Made by a program: the position numbers and the translations under genes
The notes under the pieces: generated by a model
Seen by the model: the letters and a program-made list of their open reading frames with translations, nothing else
Told to the model about the DNA's origin: nothing
Database searches by the model: none
Part shown: piece after piece, positions 60,872 to 64,000 of the stretch
Layout of the letters: every line of letters begins with the position of its first letter
Numbering within the stretch: the first letter of the stretch is position 1
NCBI GenBank assembly: GCA_016714165.1
Contig: JADJNU010000001.1
Span: forward strand, 45,130 to 109,129
Length of the DNA stretch: 64,000 nt
Reading direction: 5' to 3'
Source of the DNA: Bdellovibrionales bacterium
GTDB lineage: Bacteria; Bdellovibrionota; Bdellovibrionia; Bdellovibrionales; UBA1609

Positions 60872-61915
60872 CTAAAAGCCGTAGGAATAGGATGGGGGCT
60901 CCCATCCTGCCGACTTAAAAAGATGGGTGACCAATTCTCTGCGAACTTCAATCCAGGACTTCACTCCTAAGGATTCTTTTCCAAAGTTGAGATGACGAAA
61001 GGTGCCCTTAAGGATTGAGGTGCTATTCGAGGTCTCTCGGACGGTCCAAGCGGAGAGTTCATTTTGTTCAATAAAAGATCTGATTCCTGAGGGACTTACA
61101 AGTTCATCGTATGGATCAATAAAAACAAGGGTTGGAATATTTAAGCTTTGATCGGCGTTAGAGTGCAGTTGATCTACCAACCGAAAAAGGCTTCGAAAGT
61201 TCTTCATTTTTATTCCGTACATGACCCGATATGGTTCGGGGATAAAGCTAGGAAGAGAAAAATCTTCGCCGAAGATAAAAAACAGACGAGTCAAATATGA
61301 ATAGAATCTAAGCGAAATAGCTGGGGCGAACAAGACCACGCCATCTGCTCTGTAAGTGTCTTCTATCTTTTGAGAAAGAATCTCTTCGTAAAGCGCTCCG
61401 CCCAAGGAGAAGCCAACATAAAAGCTCGGTAGATTTCCCAATTCTTTGGCTCGTTCTTTTGCGACGCAGAGGCTAGCTCGTAGGTGACCGGCCCAGCTGA
61501 CGTAAGGTTCAACCCCCTCATCAGTTGTGAGAAGTCGATGTCCGGGAAGTCCAACTTGAAGAACTTCGCCGCCAAAATCTTGAAGAACTCCTCTGATGTC
61601 ATCCATCGTACCTGATTTAAGATCGAGTCCGTGTGTCACAACTGCGACAAATTTTGGATCCTTGTTAGCATGATGCCACTGGGTTTTAAGTTCTCGAGTC
61701 GAGAGGTTATCCCAATGAGGTTGAAGGTCGTTGATTGTGAGCTTTCGATCACTGCAATGAAAGACCCCAAAAGTGGGATCGTAGCCCAAACCTTCGGCAT
61801 TTCCTCGCAGAGGGGGAAAAAACAGAAAAAATAAAGTCGCGAAAAGACTTAAAGGTATCGCTTCCCACGAGCGAGAAAAGACGATGAGGTTTGTGATGAG
61901 CTTGCGTAATATCAA
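60872..61915 (-). CDS. Alpha/beta hydrolase
   Basis: Nucleophile elbow GFSLGG. HG-type oxyanion region VVTHGL. 4-nt overlap with the nupC stop. Confidence 0.8.
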   Translation of the reverse strand: MILRKLITNLIVFSRSWEAIPLSLFATLFFLFFPPLRGNAEGLGYDPTFGVFHCSDRKLTINDLQPHWDNLSTRELKTQWHHANKDPKFVAVVTHGLDLKSGTMDDIRGVLQDFGGEVLQVGLPGHRLLTTDEGVEPYVSWAGHLRASLCVAKERAKELGNLPSFYVGFSLGGALYEEILSQKIEDTYRADGVVLFAPAISLRFYSYLTRLFFIFGEDFSLPSFIPEPYRVMYGIKMKNFRSLFRLVDQLHSNADQSLNIPTLVFIDPYDELVSPSGIRSFIEQNELSAWTVRETSNSTSILKGTFRHLNFGKESLGVKSWIEVRRELVTHLFKSAGWEPPSYSYGF

Positions 61916-63213
61916 ATTAGAATTCCCGCAATTGTCGCCGTCATAAAGGTTGAAAAGCTCCCTGCTATTACAGACCGAATTCCCAATTCTGCCAAGTCAG
62001 ATTTTCTTGTTGGAGCCATTCCGCCTATGCCGCCAATCTGAATAGCGATGGAGCAAAAATTGGCGAATCCACAAAGAGCATAAGACAAGATGATCATCGT
62101 CCGATGGCTGACTTGTGCAGAAATCTCTGAAAGGTGCAAGTAGGCGACGAACTCATTAAAAACAATTTTTTCTCCGAGCAAGGTTCCGGCCATTCCGCAC
62201 TCGGCCCATGGGACACCCATGAGAAACGCGATGGGCGAAAACAGCCAACCAAGAATAACCTGGAAACTCAGTTCTGCCGGTTTATTCCCCCGAATAACCT
62301 CTGGAATTGAGCCAATCCCCCAATGGTCAAATCCAATCAAATGTCCAAATTGAATGAATAAAGCGTTCACCATTGCAATGAGTGCAATAAACGCTAAAAG
62401 CATGGCCGCGACGTTGAGAGCTAAGAGCAATCCCTCATTGGCTCCTCGAGCGGCGGCCTCAATCACATTACGATCAATCATTTCTTCGCTTGATTTTGGG
62501 AGCTTACCCAAAGTTTCGGGGTGAATGGTCTCGGGAATCATGAGTTTGGCAATGACGATCGTGGCCGGGGCCGACATCACACTCGCTGTCAGGAGATGGC
62601 CTGCAATATCGGGAATGCGGTCTTTGAGAAGACCCACGTAGGCTGCCATCACTCCGCCCGCAACAGAGGCCATCCCTCCCACCATGACAGCAAAGAGTTC
62701 GGAACGAGTCAGAGATCCCACATAGGGCTTGATAACGAGAGGTGCCTCCGTCTGCCCGACGAAGATATTAGCAGCTGTCGAAAGAGATTCCGCTCCGCTA
62801 ATTCCCATGGTTTTCTGCATGATGTAGGCTATCCCGTTTACAAGTTTTTGCATGATGCCGAGATGATAAAGAACCGTCATGAGTGAAGCCATAAAAATAA
62901 TGGTGGGCAAGACCTGAAAAGCAAAAATAAATCCTGATTTTTGAACATTCAGCAGTTCGCCAAAAACAAAACGACTTCCCTCCTCAGTGAAATCAAGGGC
63001 TGCCACAATCGCGGTATTGGCTATATCAAAAATAAAGCGCAAAGGGCCGGGAATTCCAAGAGCCGGAATACCGAGGACAGAGATGGCGAGGAATATTTGA
63101 AGGACCATGCCCCATCCTACGAGTCTCCAAGATACCTTATCTTTTCTTTCGGACATAAAAAAGGAAATGAGGATAAACCCCGTTAGACCAAAAAAACCTA
63201 TCCATCGTTCCAT
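61912..63213 (-). CDS. nupC: Concentrative nucleoside transporter (NupC family)
   Basis: Collinear CNT pattern: FVFGELL, GFIFAFQVLPTIIFMASLMTVLYHLGIMQ, GQTEAPLVIKPY, FCSIAIQIGG. Confidence 0.9.
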   Translation of the reverse strand: MERWIGFFGLTGFILISFFMSERKDKVSWRLVGWGMVLQIFLAISVLGIPALGIPGPLRFIFDIANTAIVAALDFTEEGSRFVFGELLNVQKSGFIFAFQVLPTIIFMASLMTVLYHLGIMQKLVNGIAYIMQKTMGISGAESLSTAANIFVGQTEAPLVIKPYVGSLTRSELFAVMVGGMASVAGGVMAAYVGLLKDRIPDIAGHLLTASVMSAPATIVIAKLMIPETIHPETLGKLPKSSEEMIDRNVIEAAARGANEGLLLALNVAAMLLAFIALIAMVNALFIQFGHLIGFDHWGIGSIPEVIRGNKPAELSFQVILGWLFSPIAFLMGVPWAECGMAGTLLGEKIVFNEFVAYLHLSEISAQVSHRTMIILSYALCGFANFCSIAIQIGGIGGMAPTRKSDLAELGIRSVIAGSFSTFMTATIAGILI

Positions 63214-63591
63214 AATATATTTCCTTCGTTGGATTCGACATCTCTGTATCTTGGTTTGTGAGAGCCCTCATCTTGTTTAGACCCGCAATTTCGCAAAGTA
63301 CACAGTTAATTTTATGGGAACTCTCGATCGGGTTCTCAACGAAGACTTATGGAGCAGGGGCCAAAAGGGGGCTATGAAGCTTTGAATTCAGAGGCTCCTC
63401 CATATTTTAGTGTCTCAAGGTGAGACAGAATCTTCCAATGTGACGATATTTGGCTTTATCTTTGATACACTCTATCAATGTACGTTTGTTAACCGGGAAC
63501 ATCCTGGGCTACCCCTTTTTTGCAGATTAAGACACTGTGAATTTGGATGTGGATAAGGTTTGAGACTGTATTTGTAGGCTTGGAGGATTTC

Positions 63592-64000
63592 ATGAGAATG
63601 GATTTGCTTTGTAAGGTTTTAATGAGAGTTCTTGGAGCTGCAATTGTTGCCACAGGGCTTGTCTTCCAGGCTCAAACCAGCAGTGGGGAAGAGGGTTCTG
63701 GAAAAAATGTGCTGGCTCCTCCAGTATTCGAAAAAGGTGAGGGTGAACGAGCAGAGATCTATGAGGAGATTTGTAGAAAACCTGCGGTGGGAGAACATTA
63801 TAGAACATGTGTTATCGAAACCAATAAGGTTTCGGCTGAGGCAGGGGCAGTTATTTTGTCAACCCAAGGGTCGTCTGCGGAGGGGATATCGGGCGGGGCA
63901 CAGGGAGGGACTTTTGCCGAGGGGTTTGGGGCTGATTTGAATTCGATTGCAGCGGATATCTGTGTTGCTGAGGGGCGCAAATGTTTCATTGGTTGTAGAG
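63592..64000 (+). CDS. Hypothetical secreted protein, N-terminal fragment (continues beyond the window)
   Basis: Own translation. ATG 63592 after GGAGGA, MRMDLLCKVLMRVLGAAIVATGLVFQAQT signal peptide, open to position 64000. Absent from the ORF track because it has no in-window stop. Confidence 0.6.
   Translation, partial: MRMDLLCKVLMRVLGAAIVATGLVFQAQTSSGEEGSGKNVLAPPVFEKGEGERAEIYEEICRKPAVGEHYRTCVIETNKVSAEAGAVILSTQGSSAEGISGGAQGGTFAEGFGADLNSIAADICVAEGRKCFIGCR

Noticed and set aside
1-64000. Mobile elements, prophage, integrons or CRISPR-Cas anywhere in the window.
   Set aside because: I recognised no transposase, integrase, recombinase, reverse transcriptase, terminal inverted repeats or repeat-spacer arrays. 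This search was by eye only and could miss degraded elements.

Overview
This is a chromosomal-looking 64-kb window with about 60 protein-coding genes on both strands. I recognised no rRNA, tRNA, CRISPR array, transposase, integrase or prophage module.

Content:
- Housekeeping islands: rpsD, a non-zinc L31, fadE with a divergent TetR regulator, a gamma-glutamyl-polyamine (Puu-like) catabolic operon, nupC, alkaline phosphatase, DUF885 and patatin.
- Many orphan genes with signal peptides or lipoboxes.
- A dense signalling block: a HAMP histidine kinase, a hybrid REC-kinase, a CheY-like regulator, REC-GGDEF, PilZ, a cNMP-binding protein and two GHKL-type ATPases.
- Two paralogous poly-glycine solenoid-like surface proteins.
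- The repertoire is reminiscent of Bdellovibrionota/Oligoflexia-like genomes. That is inference only.

Main hunting results:
1. Six near-consensus sigma-54 (-24/-12) promoter motifs lie just upstream of, and co-oriented with, orphan secreted-protein genes (13082, 13244, 14131, 15606, 19282, 44679). No activator or rpoN is in the window.
2. A putative sigma-54-driven operon encodes a 50-aa secreted peptide, a membrane protein and a TraB/GumN-like protein.
3. A four-gene translationally coupled operon links three phosphorelay proteins to a poly-Gly surface protein. A larger paralog lies 11 kb away. A FecR/Fn3/beta-barrel protein and a REC-GGDEF regulator are adjacent.
4. An exported CapA / DUF3160-like / Memo-like trio. 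The DUF3160-like gene carries an in-frame 102-bp tandem duplication.
5. Three genes are split by frameshifts, and each can be repaired by +/-1 nt in a homopolymer run. This is likely assembly error, possibly pseudogenisation.
6. Perfect palindromes of 20 bp and 18 bp sit in two divergent promoter regions.
7. Two edge-truncated genes are missing from the supplied ORF track.

Limits: everything was done by eye from the sequence and the ORF translations. Family names are recollections of motif signatures, not search results. Start codons are often uncertain.
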